Below, piece after piece: positions 19,947-30,805 of a stretch of 64,000 nucleotides of DNA. Made by a program: the position numbers and the translations under genes. The notes under the pieces are model-generated. The model ran no database searches and was not told the origin of the DNA. It saw only the letters and a program-made list of their open reading frames with translations. This stretch comes from Trueperella sp. GTDB taxonomy: Bacteria > Actinomycetota > Actinomycetes > Actinomycetales > Actinomycetaceae. Each line of letters begins with the position of its first letter. Positions within the stretch are counted from its first letter, which is position 1. Location: contig JAUNLU010000003.1 of assembly GCA_030532125.1 (NCBI GenBank), forward strand, positions 26,491-90,490, read 5' to 3'.

Positions 19947-20906
19947 CTAGCGTTGATGGCGCGCCCGACCAATAGCCAGGATCCCGCGCTCCAACGCATA
20001 CCCAGGTTCAGCTAAACCTTTAACTTCGGCATCCGTGCGAGCTATCTCGGTTATTGCAATGGCCAGCGCATTCGCATTCCAACTGCGCAAATCTCGTTTA
20101 GCGCGATCCCGCTGCCACGGCGCCATCTTAACTTTGACGTCCAGTTTGCTGGACCTCTCCCCCAGCACCTGCGCCATAGTGCGCAATTTAGTGGAAATAG
20201 CCGCCACGATTGCCACTGGAGAAACTCCGGTGGAGACTGCATGTCGAGCAAGTTCCACGGCGCGCCCAGTATTTCCAGCTATCAGGGCATCAGCCACATT
20301 GAACCCAGTGGCCTCTACTCGCCCCGCAAAATAGGTATGTACGTGCGAATCGTCAATTACCCCATCCACATCAGCTAATAGCTGCCGCACTGCGGCCAGC
20401 AACTCGCTGGTATCAGACCCCAGGGCATCTACCAGCGCACCTACTGCATCAGTAGTCATTTTGCGCCCAGCTGCCCGTACATCATCCGTAACTGCCCGAG
20501 CTTTGTCGGCGTTATTGCGCAGCGGAGCTATTTCCAGCGTGGGGACTTTCTGTTTTTTCAACTCAGTAAGCACTTTGCGCCCGCGTACACCGCCGTTATG
20601 CCGCAAAATTACCGTCACATCTGAAACCGGATTTTTCAAATATGAAAGTAAGTCCTCCTGCAATTCAGAATTTAGCTGTTCCAAGTTATATACGACTACT
20701 GCCCGGGCTTCAGCAAAAAGCGAAGGACTCACCAGAGTGGCCAACTGGCCAGTTTGGTAGCGTTCGGCATCAACTTTGGTGATATCAATATTGGGATCAG
20801 CCTCGCGCAACTGATTGCGCAATTGGGCAACTGCACGATCCCCAAAAGCCGGCTCGCCACTTTTTATCAGCACTACCGGTGCTGGTTTGATGTCCCATTT
20901 CGCCAT
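19947..20906 (-). CDS. holA: DNA polymerase III subunit delta
   Basis: 319-aa ORF of typical HolA size, in the conserved position downstream of comEC. The call rests on synteny and general similarity, not a sharp motif. Confidence 0.75.
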   Translation of the reverse strand: MAKWDIKPAPVVLIKSGEPAFGDRAVAQLRNQLREADPNIDITKVDAERYQTGQLATLVSPSLFAEARAVVVYNLEQLNSELQEDLLSYLKNPVSDVTVILRHNGGVRGRKVLTELKKQKVPTLEIAPLRNNADKARAVTDDVRAAGRKMTTDAVGALVDALGSDTSELLAAVRQLLADVDGVIDDSHVHTYFAGRVEATGFNVADALIAGNTGRAVELARHAVSTGVSPVAIVAAISTKLRTMAQVLGERSSKLDVKVKMAPWQRDRAKRDLRSWNANALAIAITEIARTDAEVKGLAEPGYALERGILAIGRARHQR

Positions 20907-21075
20907 ATCTTTATTATCCTCATGTGTACTGCGTAATTCTACGCACTAACCCCGCTGGGGAAACTAGCACCGATCGAACTTCGGAAACCTGACTCAACGG
21001 AAAACCGCTGCCAATAGACTGCCAGGCACTAGGCTCTGCCCACATCCCCGATCGTCATATGCTTCATTCCGGCTT

Positions 21076-23343
21076 TCACTCGCATTTACTAACTACTTCG
21101 GTTGTAGTCAGCGCAATATGCCCACACTGATCCGTGCGCCGCTGGATCGGTGCCTGCCAGATACGCAGTGCCGCCAGCGTCGGATGCCCATACTTATTCT
21201 CCCCCACCGAAAACAGCGTGATACCAGGGCGCAACTGCGCAGCAAGTTTTTCTGATTGATCTGCTGCCCCATGATGACCAACGACGACGGCGTGCACGGG
21301 CTTCGTTATTTGTAGCTGAGCTTGGCGCTCTCCCGGGCTATCTGATAGAACCAATATCCGCAGCCCATCTGTGGTTTGCAGTGCTACTACTAGTGAATCC
21401 GCATTGGTATTTTCGCGCCCACCGCGCACATTATGTGGGCCCACAATTTCTAATCCAGGCATCCCATCCCCAACTTTCACCTCATGCACTGGAATGCCCT
21501 GTGCCGCAGCTTGCTGCCGTACCCATTGATAGCCAGCCACTGGTTCCCGATTAGCGCTAACCCATATCTGGCGCACCGAAGTAGTAGCTAACACTTTGTC
21601 CAAGCCGCGCACATGATCCGCGTCGTAATGAGATAACACCACCAGATCAAGTTCGCGCACCCGCGCACGGCGCAAGCAATCTGCTATATTGCCATTCCCT
21701 GGACCTACATCTATTAGGACGACGCCGCTCGGCACCCGCACTAAAAATGCACTTCCCTGCCCCACGTTACATTGCACGGCTTGCCAGTTTTCTGGGATAC
21801 CCCCGGCAAGCTGGGAATAACTGCTGGCAGTAGCTAGCAGAGCACAACTCGAGAGCAGCATCACTGCAGCTACTGTTTTCCGCATCCGACTGCCAACAAT
21901 CAGCACCAGTAGTACCAACAAATTGATCGCAAAGGCATTCTGGAGAGTAACGCCGGAACCTGGCCAAGACATTAATGTTTGAGTCACCCGTTCCAACCAC
22001 CAGGCGCAGACTTCGCATAGAGCGAGCAAGGGCGCGGCTACCGCCGGAAACACCGGCAGAATTAACGCGCCCATTAATCCCGCCAACATTAGTGGCGCCA
22101 CTATCGGTGCTACCGCAGCATTAGCCACCACCGTCCACACTGATGCTGTTTTTTGCACCCCAACTAAAAGCGGAAGAGTGGCTAGCCCCGCAATCAGCGG
22201 TAACGAGATGACTTCCGCTAACACCCTGGGCATACCCGCACTAAGCCGCTGGCGCAGCCGGTAACCAAAAATTACGATCGCCCCGGTTGCAACCACGGAA
22301 AGCCGGAATCCCAACGACCGGGCCAGAGTAGGGTCTGCGAGCGAAAATACAATAACGGTTAGTGACAGTAGCGGCAATGCGCTACTAGGACGCCGCGCCA
22401 TCACCGCCACACAAACAAAAGCGGCCATCATACCGGCCCGCAATACTGACGGTTGCGGACCCACCAGCAGCATCAACCCTGCCAGCATTATTAGGCTCGC
22501 GCTTCCGGCCAAACGCGGACGCCGCCCGCCAATAGTGGCTAATGCAGCTGCCAAAACAATCGACACATGTGCACCCGATACTGCGGTTAAATGCGCTAGC
22601 CCCAAAGTACGCATATTCGCTATTAAGTCTGGCGCTAGCCGAGAGTTATCCCCCATTACGACGCCGGGGATCAACGCGGCACTGGGGCGCCGGCCAGCTA
22701 GTTCCCGCATCATAGCCTCATGGATGCTATTGGTTGCGCGGTGCCAAAGATGCGCTGGAGCACTGGAGTGTATTTTCTGCACTCGCAGTTGCCCGGCGGT
22801 AACGTCACCTGGAAAAGTTTCGGTAGCTTTACCACTCAGCACTACGGTTTCACCTCGTGCTATTGAGGTTATGGGTTCCCGCAGTTGTACCGCTTGCTGC
22901 GCTGCGGTAGCTACTGCACTACCAGTGAGGGCTGGCCAAGTTATCCGCAAGCTAGCATGCGAAGTAAATGCAGTATCACCAATTTTTATTTGGTGCACGT
23001 CGAGTTGAGCGGTGTATGTAGAATCAGACGCCGAATCAAAGCCAGTTTGTGCAGAAATTTTTGGATAGGTGCGCACTGTACCCGCCACTGTCACATATCG
23101 ACCATTCGCCACTGCAGTGGCAACTGGATCTGCCGCGGCCACAGCGTTGTGCATACTGGTTGTGGCTGTAGCAACCAGAATAGACACCCCAGCAACCAGC
23201 AAAAATGCTCGAATTTTCTGCCAACGCAGCAGAATACTGCACAGAATTAACGCGCCCCCGATTGCCCACATTCCCGGGCCGGTAAGTTCAAAGCTGACTA
23301 CGAGCCAAACTATTACGGCTGGAAATGCGAGTCGGAAATCCAC
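21076..23343 (-). CDS. comEC: DNA internalization competence protein ComEC/Rec2
   Basis: 755-aa polytopic membrane protein with a C-terminal metallo-beta-lactamase domain (VLSHYDADHVRG). Confidence 0.9.
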   Translation of the reverse strand: MDFRLAFPAVIVWLVVSFELTGPGMWAIGGALILCSILLRWQKIRAFLLVAGVSILVATATTSMHNAVAAADPVATAVANGRYVTVAGTVRTYPKISAQTGFDSASDSTYTAQLDVHQIKIGDTAFTSHASLRITWPALTGSAVATAAQQAVQLREPITSIARGETVVLSGKATETFPGDVTAGQLRVQKIHSSAPAHLWHRATNSIHEAMMRELAGRRPSAALIPGVVMGDNSRLAPDLIANMRTLGLAHLTAVSGAHVSIVLAAALATIGGRRPRLAGSASLIMLAGLMLLVGPQPSVLRAGMMAAFVCVAVMARRPSSALPLLSLTVIVFSLADPTLARSLGFRLSVVATGAIVIFGYRLRQRLSAGMPRVLAEVISLPLIAGLATLPLLVGVQKTASVWTVVANAAVAPIVAPLMLAGLMGALILPVFPAVAAPLLALCEVCAWWLERVTQTLMSWPGSGVTLQNAFAINLLVLLVLIVGSRMRKTVAAVMLLSSCALLATASSYSQLAGGIPENWQAVQCNVGQGSAFLVRVPSGVVLIDVGPGNGNIADCLRRARVRELDLVVLSHYDADHVRGLDKVLATTSVRQIWVSANREPVAGYQWVRQQAAAQGIPVHEVKVGDGMPGLEIVGPHNVRGGRENTNADSLVVALQTTDGLRILVLSDSPGERQAQLQITKPVHAVVVGHHGAADQSEKLAAQLRPGITLFSVGENKYGHPTLAALRIWQAPIQRRTDQCGHIALTTTEVVSKCE

Positions 23344-24191
23344 TATGCCGTCACATACGGGCGCAACCGCTCCAGCGTTTTCGCCCCGATTCCGGGAACT
23401 TCTATCAGTTGGTCAACTGAAGCAAATTTGCCATTTTCATTGCGCCACTGCACGATGGTTTGTGCAGTAACTGGCCCAATCCCCGGAACTGTTTCCAGTT
23501 GCTCCGCACTTGCTTTGTTCAGATTAACTACGCTCTTATTATTGCCAGCACTGTTAGCTCCGCTCGCACCGGAAGTGCCACCGTCATTGGTACCCGCTTC
23601 GTCTACTGCGAGCACATGGATATGTTCTCCGTCAGCAACTTCTGCGGCCAGGTTAATCCGATCCATATCCGCCTGTGGGGTCAGCCCGCCGGCCAGTTCG
23701 ATAGCGTCCGCTACCCGATCACCGCTGGAGAGCTCCACTATCCCCGGTTTTGTCACTGCACCTGACACATGCACTACCACTAGATCAGTAGCAGCAGAGC
23801 CGCCTTCCGGTTCGGGAACGGCCACTGGTGCGGATTCCGGCACGTCTACATTGACGAACTCAGTAGCTGGGATTGTGTTGGCGACCGAAAGTTTGCGCGC
23901 CACTAACACTGTAAGCACAACGACTGTTACAACTAGAAGCATTGTTATCACCCACCGCAAGGATACTCCGTCCAGGGCGAATCTATTCTTCCGTTTCATC
24001 GTGGTAAGTGCGGTGACGTCGTCCCCGGCTCCCGCAGCCAATGCTATTTGGGCGAAGTTACGACGCCGTTCTGCGGGAGTGGCTACTGCTGGTAGTTCGG
24101 CAGTACTCGACAACTCGTAGTCATTTACTGGCCCCGCTGTGGGGGTAGTTGCATTTGTAGGCACTCGTAGCCGTGGGGGTGGTAGGTCCAT
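23343..24191 (-). CDS. comEA: ComEA-family DNA-binding competence protein
   Basis: One TM helix, a SLBB-like segment and C-terminal tandem helix-hairpin-helix motifs (LETVPGIGPVTAQTIV ... IEVPGIGAKTLERL). Confidence 0.88.
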   Translation of the reverse strand: MDLPPPRLRVPTNATTPTAGPVNDYELSSTAELPAVATPAERRRNFAQIALAAGAGDDVTALTTMKRKNRFALDGVSLRWVITMLLVVTVVVLTVLVARKLSVANTIPATEFVNVDVPESAPVAVPEPEGGSAATDLVVVHVSGAVTKPGIVELSSGDRVADAIELAGGLTPQADMDRINLAAEVADGEHIHVLAVDEAGTNDGGTSGASGANSAGNNKSVVNLNKASAEQLETVPGIGPVTAQTIVQWRNENGKFASVDQLIEVPGIGAKTLERLRPYVTA

Positions 24192-24423
24192 GTAGCCATC
24201 GTGCTACCGTATGCCAACCAAAAAATAACGCCGCTAGCAATCGGGGGATAACTATCCCTCAAACAAGTTTTGTGGATAACCCACTAAACATTTTCAGGTA
24301 ATTCCCCAAGGTTATGCCGGTATTAACCGTTTTAGCGAACTCCCCAAGCGGTTTCGAGCCCCGAGCAGTTTGCGGGCCCCACAAGCAAGCAACGGGCTAA
24401 TCAACTGTTAGCACTAGTGATGC

Positions 24424-25386
24424 TTATTCCGCATAAGTTATGGTGGCCGTCATTTGCCGGGACCCACCGGGAGCAACCGCCAAGGAGGCTGCCGCATCTG
24501 GCCGGTTTGCCGCATCCGGTACATGGGACATAGGGGCAAATCCAACTGCGCCGCGCGGCGCACGCCCCAAGGCATCTGCAGTGGAAACTCTGAGCACCGG
24601 CGCTTCCGCTGGTTCCTGCGAAATTATTACGCGCACGCTAGACGCCGGATCTGCCAACCAGCTGGTAACTACCCCATTTTCGCCCGGCACCAGCCCGCGG
24701 AAAATAGTGTCTATCTGGGTGGCTCCTAAATATCCCATCTCAAACGGCGCTTTCACTCCCGCATACGCAGATTCACCTGGCAGCGGCACACCTGGTTCAT
24801 CAGTCAAAATTTTAGTGCGCGCCGGCACATGTACCGCCAAGTTGGAAATCCGCGCAAATCCGGGGAGCTGCAAATAGGGTTGCCACGCCACCGCAATCGG
24901 CGCATCCTCAGCTGCCAAATTCCACACTTCAAAGGTGACCGACAGACTCTCCAACCCATCTGCCCCAGTTTCCAATGCGAAACTGGCCATTAATTCCACT
25001 GGCCAGGGATACTCAGCCGAATCAGGTAGCTCGCACCGCAGCCCTAACCGAGTATCTGCTGCCGCCATAGTGAAATCTGCCCGCGCCGCCAGCCCAGAAG
25101 CCGCCGCCGCACCCACATAAAGCTGTTTCCCTTGAAATGGGAACGTTTGCCCCGCAATTGGGCCCACCCACGGCGCAGAAAACTGGCTCCGCCCATCTGT
25201 ACCAGCTTGCAGCTCAGCAGCCGACTGGTAACCGGCAATTAGATTCTTCCCTGGTTTAGGCTCCCAGCTCAGCAAGGTAGCTCCATGCTGGGCTACCAGC
25301 GCAGTAGCGCCCGACGGCGAAGTCAGCCGCCACGCCGGCATGCCGTCGAAATCTTCGGCGGTCACTACTACGTTTTCTGCCATCAC
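24424..25386 (-). CDS. Aldose 1-epimerase-family (galactose mutarotase-like) protein
   Basis: 320-aa ORF whose N-terminal pattern resembles mutarotase-fold proteins (HGATLLSWEP ... PWVGPIAGQTFPFQGKQLYV). This is a weak by-eye assignment. Confidence 0.45.
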   Translation of the reverse strand: MMAENVVVTAEDFDGMPAWRLTSPSGATALVAQHGATLLSWEPKPGKNLIAGYQSAAELQAGTDGRSQFSAPWVGPIAGQTFPFQGKQLYVGAAAASGLAARADFTMAAADTRLGLRCELPDSAEYPWPVELMASFALETGADGLESLSVTFEVWNLAAEDAPIAVAWQPYLQLPGFARISNLAVHVPARTKILTDEPGVPLPGESAYAGVKAPFEMGYLGATQIDTIFRGLVPGENGVVTSWLADPASSVRVIISQEPAEAPVLRVSTADALGRAPRGAVGFAPMSHVPDAANRPDAAASLAVAPGGSRQMTATITYAE

Positions 25387-25412
25387 ATGCCCTTTCGCCA
25401 GGTATTTCCGGC

Positions 25413-28289
25413 TTATGGAACGATGTTCACTAGACTTGGCGGGCGCACAATAACCTTACGCGGTTCGCCATCCAAGAATTTCTGTACTTTCTCCGAGGCC
25501 AATGCCAATTCCACCAGTTGCGCTTCAGTGGCATCTGCCGGAACTTCCAATCGATCTCGCAGCTTACCCGCCACCTGCACAATACAAGTAACGGTGTCAT
25601 CACGTAGCAAAGATTCGTCTGTCACCTGCGGGAACGCTTCATGAGCTAACGACTGACTGTGCCCCAACTTCGCCCAGAGTTCTTCCGCTACGTGTGGAGC
25701 TACCGGGGAGACCATCAAAACCAATGCTTCCGCTACCGACCGCGGTACTTCCCTACCCGTGAGGTGATTATTTAGCACGATCATTTTGGCGATCGCCGTA
25801 TTGATCCGCATCTCCTCTAGGTCTTCCCGTACTCCAACGATAGTGCGCGCCAGTAGCTTCGCCGTCTCCTGGTCTACTTCCCCATCAGTTACCAGTACCT
25901 CACCAGTTTCTTCGCTGATGATATTGCGCCACAGCCGTTGCAAGAACCGCTGCGCACCTACCACCGCGCGCGTTTCCCACGGCCGATCCAAGTCAAGCGG
26001 TCCCATCGACATTTCATAAACCCGGAAAGTATCCGCACCGTATTCGGCAGCGACGGCGTCTGGCGTCACGATATTCTTCAGCGACTTGCCCATTTTGCCG
26101 TATTCCCGATTGACCAGCTGCCCCTGCCATTCATAGCGAACTTCCCCAGAGCCATCCGCTGCCGGGACTTCTACTACCTCTTCTGCCGGCACATATTGTC
26201 CGCGCATATCAGTGTAGGCATAGGCTTGCACATAGCCCTGGTTGAACAACTTGTAGAACGGTTCACTAGAGCTCAAGTAGCCCAAATCGTAAAGTACTTT
26301 GTGCCAGAACCGGGCATATAGCAGGTGCAATACCGCGTGCTCTACCCCACCCACATATAGATCAGTACCGCCAGCCGGTTTGCCCGCACGCGGGCCCATC
26401 CAATATTCCTCATTCGCCCCGGCCACCATCTGGTCATCATTTACCGGATCCACATAGCGCAGCTCGTACCAGCAAGATCCGGCCCAGTTCGGCATAGTGT
26501 TGGTATCTCGCTGGTACATCTTGGGGCCATCCCCCAAATCCAGCTCCACATTCACCCAGTCTTGCAACCGCGCCAAAGGTGGCTCTGGTTCCGAATCGGC
26601 ATCGTACGGATCGTAGGACTTCGGTGAGAAATCCGGAGTATCGGGCAGATTTACCGGCAGCATGCTCTCCGGCAAGTCATAAACATTGCCTTCGGCGTCA
26701 TAAACAATCGGGAATGGTTCGCCCCAGTAGCGCTGCCGCGAGAACAGCCAGTCGTGCAAGCGATAGGTAACCGTGCCCTGGCCCAAACCGCGTTCTTCCA
26801 GCCAGGCAGTAATCGCCGCGATGCCCTCTGCCTTGTGCATCCCGGTCAGCGAAATCTCATCATTTGCCGAGTCGATGATTTCGCCGTCTTCTTCCCACGC
26901 GCTCTGCCAGTCATGATCCGGCCCAGCCTGCATAGTAGGGATAATTTCCAAACCAAATTTCGTGGCAAAGTCAAAGTCGCGCTGGTCATGTGCCGGCACT
27001 GCCATGATTGCGCCAGTTCCGTATCCCATCATCACGTAATCCGCAGTGAACACTGGAATCTGCTTCCCATTTACTGGGTTGGTGGCAAAAATACCAGTGA
27101 AGACGCCAGTTTTTTCTTTATCGTCTGCGCTGCGATCCGCATCCGACTTGCGCGCGGCTTGCTGCTGATAGGCGACGACGGCGTCCGCTGGGCTTGGTGC
27201 CCCACCAGTCCACTCACTGCGAGTACCAGCGGGCCATTGCGCTGGAATTTCTGCGCCAGCCAACAGTGGGTGCTCCGGTGAAACCACCATAAAAGTGGCC
27301 CCGAACAGAGTATCTGGGCGGGTAGTAAATACTTCCAGCGGGTAGTCCGCCTGTGCACCGTGGGCTTGGAATATCACTTCCGCGCCCTGCGATTTACCGA
27401 TCCAGTTGCGCTGCATAGAACGCACTTTTTCCGGCCAATCCACCAGGTCCAGATCTTCAGCCAACCGGTCCGCATAGTCGGTAATGCGCATCATCCACTG
27501 GCGTAGTTTGCGCTTAAACACTGGGAAGTTGCCGCGTTCGGAGCGCCCCTCATTAGTGACTTCCTCATTCGCCAGCACAGTGCCCAACCCCGGGCACCAG
27601 TTAACCGGAGCCTCTTCGATATAAGCAATGCGCCGCGCATCCACCGCTTCGCGCTGTTCTGCAGCACTCAGCTCTGCCCACGGTTTACCTTGCGGGGTGG
27701 CGATTGAACCATCCTGATATCCAGCGATCAATTCGCTTATCGGGCGGGCGCGCCCCACCGTGCCGGACCGGCGCCCCGGAGCAGTAGCGTCATACCACGA
27801 GTTATATGTCTGCAGGAAAATCCATTGCGTCCACTTGAAGTACGCCGGATCGTTGGTGCTGATCGAGCGGCGCGCCTCATGGCTCATCCCCAAGGCCCGC
27901 AGCTGACGGCGCATATTTTCGATATTTTCTTCGGTGGTTTCGCGCGGGTGGCGCCCGGTTTGGATTGCATACTGTTCTGCGGGCAAACCAAAGGCGTCAT
28001 ACCCCATCGTGTACAGCACGTTCTTGCCTAGCATCCGCTGGTAGCGGGCCAAGGTGTCGGTGGCGATATATCCCAGTGGATGGCCTACGTGCAGACCTTT
28101 ACCGGAGGGGTACGGGAACATATCAAGCAAGAAGTATGGTTCAGCTGGAAGTTCTTCCCCAGCCGGCGCGCCGAGTGCCCCCCGCGGATTTGGGGCATTG
28201 AAAGTCTCTTCTTTCTCCCAGCGATCCTGCCATTTGGCTTCAATTTCATTAGCCAATTCGGCAGTATAGCGATAAGGCATTTCTTGCAT
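25413..28289 (-). CDS. leuS: Leucine--tRNA ligase
   Basis: 958-aa ORF with the HIGH-type motif (HVGHPLGY), the KMSKS-type motif (KMGKSLKN) and a CP1 editing domain. Confidence 0.98.
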   Translation of the reverse strand: MQEMPYRYTAELANEIEAKWQDRWEKEETFNAPNPRGALGAPAGEELPAEPYFLLDMFPYPSGKGLHVGHPLGYIATDTLARYQRMLGKNVLYTMGYDAFGLPAEQYAIQTGRHPRETTEENIENMRRQLRALGMSHEARRSISTNDPAYFKWTQWIFLQTYNSWYDATAPGRRSGTVGRARPISELIAGYQDGSIATPQGKPWAELSAAEQREAVDARRIAYIEEAPVNWCPGLGTVLANEEVTNEGRSERGNFPVFKRKLRQWMMRITDYADRLAEDLDLVDWPEKVRSMQRNWIGKSQGAEVIFQAHGAQADYPLEVFTTRPDTLFGATFMVVSPEHPLLAGAEIPAQWPAGTRSEWTGGAPSPADAVVAYQQQAARKSDADRSADDKEKTGVFTGIFATNPVNGKQIPVFTADYVMMGYGTGAIMAVPAHDQRDFDFATKFGLEIIPTMQAGPDHDWQSAWEEDGEIIDSANDEISLTGMHKAEGIAAITAWLEERGLGQGTVTYRLHDWLFSRQRYWGEPFPIVYDAEGNVYDLPESMLPVNLPDTPDFSPKSYDPYDADSEPEPPLARLQDWVNVELDLGDGPKMYQRDTNTMPNWAGSCWYELRYVDPVNDDQMVAGANEEYWMGPRAGKPAGGTDLYVGGVEHAVLHLLYARFWHKVLYDLGYLSSSEPFYKLFNQGYVQAYAYTDMRGQYVPAEEVVEVPAADGSGEVRYEWQGQLVNREYGKMGKSLKNIVTPDAVAAEYGADTFRVYEMSMGPLDLDRPWETRAVVGAQRFLQRLWRNIISEETGEVLVTDGEVDQETAKLLARTIVGVREDLEEMRINTAIAKMIVLNNHLTGREVPRSVAEALVLMVSPVAPHVAEELWAKLGHSQSLAHEAFPQVTDESLLRDDTVTCIVQVAGKLRDRLEVPADATEAQLVELALASEKVQKFLDGEPRKVIVRPPSLVNIVP

Positions 28290-28390
28290 GATTCTCCCTG
28301 CAGTCCAATACTTCTCACCTATATTAACTCAGACAACTACTGCGCCTGCCTCCCGTCCACGAGACAGTGATCACCGCTAAAGTATGAAGT

Positions 28391-28837
28391 ATGGCTTCTG
28401 TATTCTCTAAGATCATCGCCGGGGAAATCCCCGGAAAGTTTGTTTGGGCCGACGCCGATTGCGTCGCCATTGCCACTATCGAACCGGTACGCCCGGGGCA
28501 CGTTCTGGTTATCCCGCGCCAGGAGGTGGAGCGGTTCAGCGACCTACCCCCGGAACTGTTTGCACATCTGGCTCAGGTGAGCCAAATAATCGGCAAAGCC
28601 CAGCAGAAAGCTTTCGCAGTGGATCGCGCAATTTTGGTGTTGCTCGGTTTTGAGGTGCCGCATACGCATATTCACCTGGTGCCCGCCAATTCTGAGGCGG
28701 ATGCGGATATGCGGTTGGCTGCCCCGGCTCCCGACGCCGAAATCACCGCCGCCATGGAACAGTTACGTACTGCCTTGGTCGACTTGGGCTATGGCGAGAA
28801 TGTGCCAGCGGAGTTAAGTAATCCCGGTCTGCGCTAA
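28391..28837 (+). CDS. HIT-family (histidine triad) protein
   Basis: HTHIHLVP histidine-triad motif in a 148-aa ORF. Confidence 0.9.
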   Translation: MASVFSKIIAGEIPGKFVWADADCVAIATIEPVRPGHVLVIPRQEVERFSDLPPELFAHLAQVSQIIGKAQQKAFAVDRAILVLLGFEVPHTHIHLVPANSEADADMRLAAPAPDAEITAAMEQLRTALVDLGYGENVPAELSNPGLR

Positions 28838-28849
28838 GTTAGCCCGGCA

Positions 28850-29527
28850 CTAAAAGACTAGGTACCACGAGTCCCAGAACCACAGGACTACAAATATCAC
28901 TAACGCCAAATAGAGCGCGCCCAGAACCCACCACCGGTTGCGCACCAGTACCCGCCCGGTATCGGTTGCGCGCACTCCCCAATGCCCCGCTTGCAAGGAT
29001 CGCATCCACACCACTGCAAAAAGTGCGAGGTTTATGAGCCAAATAAGGAAGCACCAGGGGCAGAGCTTATTTTCTACTACAAAAGACTGGTAGCCGAACC
29101 AGAAAACCCACACCATTCCGAGCGAATGCACAGCAGCCCAGGCTTGCCACAACCAGCGCCCGAATTTGCCTCCGCTCAGCAGCACCAATCCCAGGGCGCT
29201 TACTCCAGCAAAAAAGGCCAGCCCAATCAGCGCATTAGAAATCCCGAAGAATAGTTCATTTTGCCATTGGCCTATCCATTGGGAACAGCCCACTATGGGA
29301 TTGAAATCGCACTGCAATATCTGATCAGGATTCTTAAGTAGCGCTTTCTCCGCCAGCAGTATTTGCAGCGACGCAAACGCCCCGATTAACCCGAAAATCA
29401 GCACAAACCACGCAGTTCCGCGATTGGCACCACCCGCTTTTTGCTCAGCAGTAGGCCGGGCCTCGTATTTTGCGATGCGCCGATCCATTTCTGCTTCACT
29501 GAGTGCGTCAATAGATTTGCGTGCCAT
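28850..29527 (-). CDS. Vitamin K epoxide reductase (VKOR)-family membrane protein
   Basis: Loop cysteines (CDFNPIVGC), a CPWC redox motif and 4-5 TM helices. The start is taken at MARKSIDAL (29527) rather than 29644. Confidence 0.8.
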   Translation of the reverse strand: MARKSIDALSEAEMDRRIAKYEARPTAEQKAGGANRGTAWFVLIFGLIGAFASLQILLAEKALLKNPDQILQCDFNPIVGCSQWIGQWQNELFFGISNALIGLAFFAGVSALGLVLLSGGKFGRWLWQAWAAVHSLGMVWVFWFGYQSFVVENKLCPWCFLIWLINLALFAVVWMRSLQAGHWGVRATDTGRVLVRNRWWVLGALYLALVIFVVLWFWDSWYLVF

Positions 29528-29592
29528 GGCGTTCCTTAGATGTGTGCTGGGAGTACCCGCTGCGTGCTTAATCGCAGCACGCAGGTTAGATT

Positions 29593-30435
29593 TTAGCGTT
29601 TCGCCGCCACATACGCAGCTATGAATTTTGCAGTATCTTCCCACCCCGTCACAGCATGAGTGTCAATACCTAACTTAGTTACCGGATAGTCATTGCCGCT
29701 GGGATCCAAACGATCGCCAATAAACAACATATCTGAGATGGGAATACCAGTCTGTTTAGCCAGCTCTGCAATTCCGTAGGCTTTATCTATGCCCTTGCGG
29801 GTAATATCGATTGAGGTAGATCCGCCGGAGCTAACCTGCAAATCTGGCAAAATTTCAGCGACGGCGGCGCGCAGTTTCTCTTTTTTCTCTCCGCTGGGAT
29901 CCCACGCTTTTTTCGCTTCCAATGGGGCTTGCTGCCCCAGGGCGGAGAACGTAACTTGTGAGCCGCGATCTTCCAAGATTTCGCCCCAGGTTTCATTCTC
30001 CCACAGCCCCAGTTTTCGGGCTTGTTCTTCCAACGCAGCAAGGGCTCGCTCACGTTCTGCAACAGTCAGATCCCGAATATATATCGGGTTCCACGCCTGT
30101 TCACCGGCGTCATACCTCATATACCTAGTGCCGCAGGTAGGCATCAGATGCAAGCGATCCAGTTCCGCCGCACTCGCCCCCAAATTCTCCAATAGCTGCA
30201 TCTCAAACTGAGCAAAGTTACCCCCCGAGATCACACAGACTTCACACAGATCCAACAATTCCCGCAATACCGCTCCCATCTGAGCGGGAAGCGGCGACTT
30301 GCTGGGCGCCAGAGTGTCATCGAGATCGAACGCAATTAACTGGTAATTCTGGGATGCCAAGGTGACTCCGTTCCAAGTTTTGCAATACATAGCTGCGCGC
30401 TGGCGCATATTCCAGTTCTTACCGGAGATTATCAA
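29593..30435 (-). CDS. HAD-IIB family hydrolase (phosphomannomutase-like)
   Basis: The DLDDTL nucleophile motif (LIAFDLDDTLAPS) and a distal GDR..PSGNDYP motif. The exact start is uncertain, with several in-frame candidates. Confidence 0.8.
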   Translation of the reverse strand: MIISGKNWNMRQRAAMYCKTWNGVTLASQNYQLIAFDLDDTLAPSKSPLPAQMGAVLRELLDLCEVCVISGGNFAQFEMQLLENLGASAAELDRLHLMPTCGTRYMRYDAGEQAWNPIYIRDLTVAERERALAALEEQARKLGLWENETWGEILEDRGSQVTFSALGQQAPLEAKKAWDPSGEKKEKLRAAVAEILPDLQVSSGGSTSIDITRKGIDKAYGIAELAKQTGIPISDMLFIGDRLDPSGNDYPVTKLGIDTHAVTGWEDTAKFIAAYVAAKR

Positions 30436-30718
30436 GTTACTGCGAGCGCGTCACCCACGGCTGCAGCATTGGCCAAGTGAGATAAACTCCGCGCCGCTCC
30501 GCAACTGCTGGATAATGACACTTCCCAGTAAACTCGACCTCTGCCGCCGCTACGGTAGCACCCGCTAATTCGGCTATTTTCCACCCGGGTAATAGATAAG
30601 TAGTTTCCATAATTTAATTCTGCCAACGGCCTCCCCCAGTTTGAGAGTTCGCCTACATTTAACGCGGTTTTTTGAGATGCGCTTGCACACTACCGGTGTG
30701 CGTGTTTGTCTATAGGTA

Positions 30719-30799
30719 TTCATCCAGAGCAGCTGAGAGACTCGGCTCCTTGACGCTGCAGCAACCCGTTTGCCGGGTGCTAAAGCCGAGATCGATGGA
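30719..30799 (+). ncRNA. SAM-I-clan (S-box-like, possibly SAM-I/IV variant) riboswitch
   Basis: TTCATCCAGAG...GAGAGA...GCAGCAACC...GGGTGCTAAAGCC...GATGGA matches the conserved UAUC-AGAG, GCAACC, GGUGCUAA and closing GAUGA blocks. The 3' P1 strand overlaps the metN SD (GGAGG at 30797..30801). Confidence 0.7.
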
Positions 30800-30805
30800 G
30801 GCACC

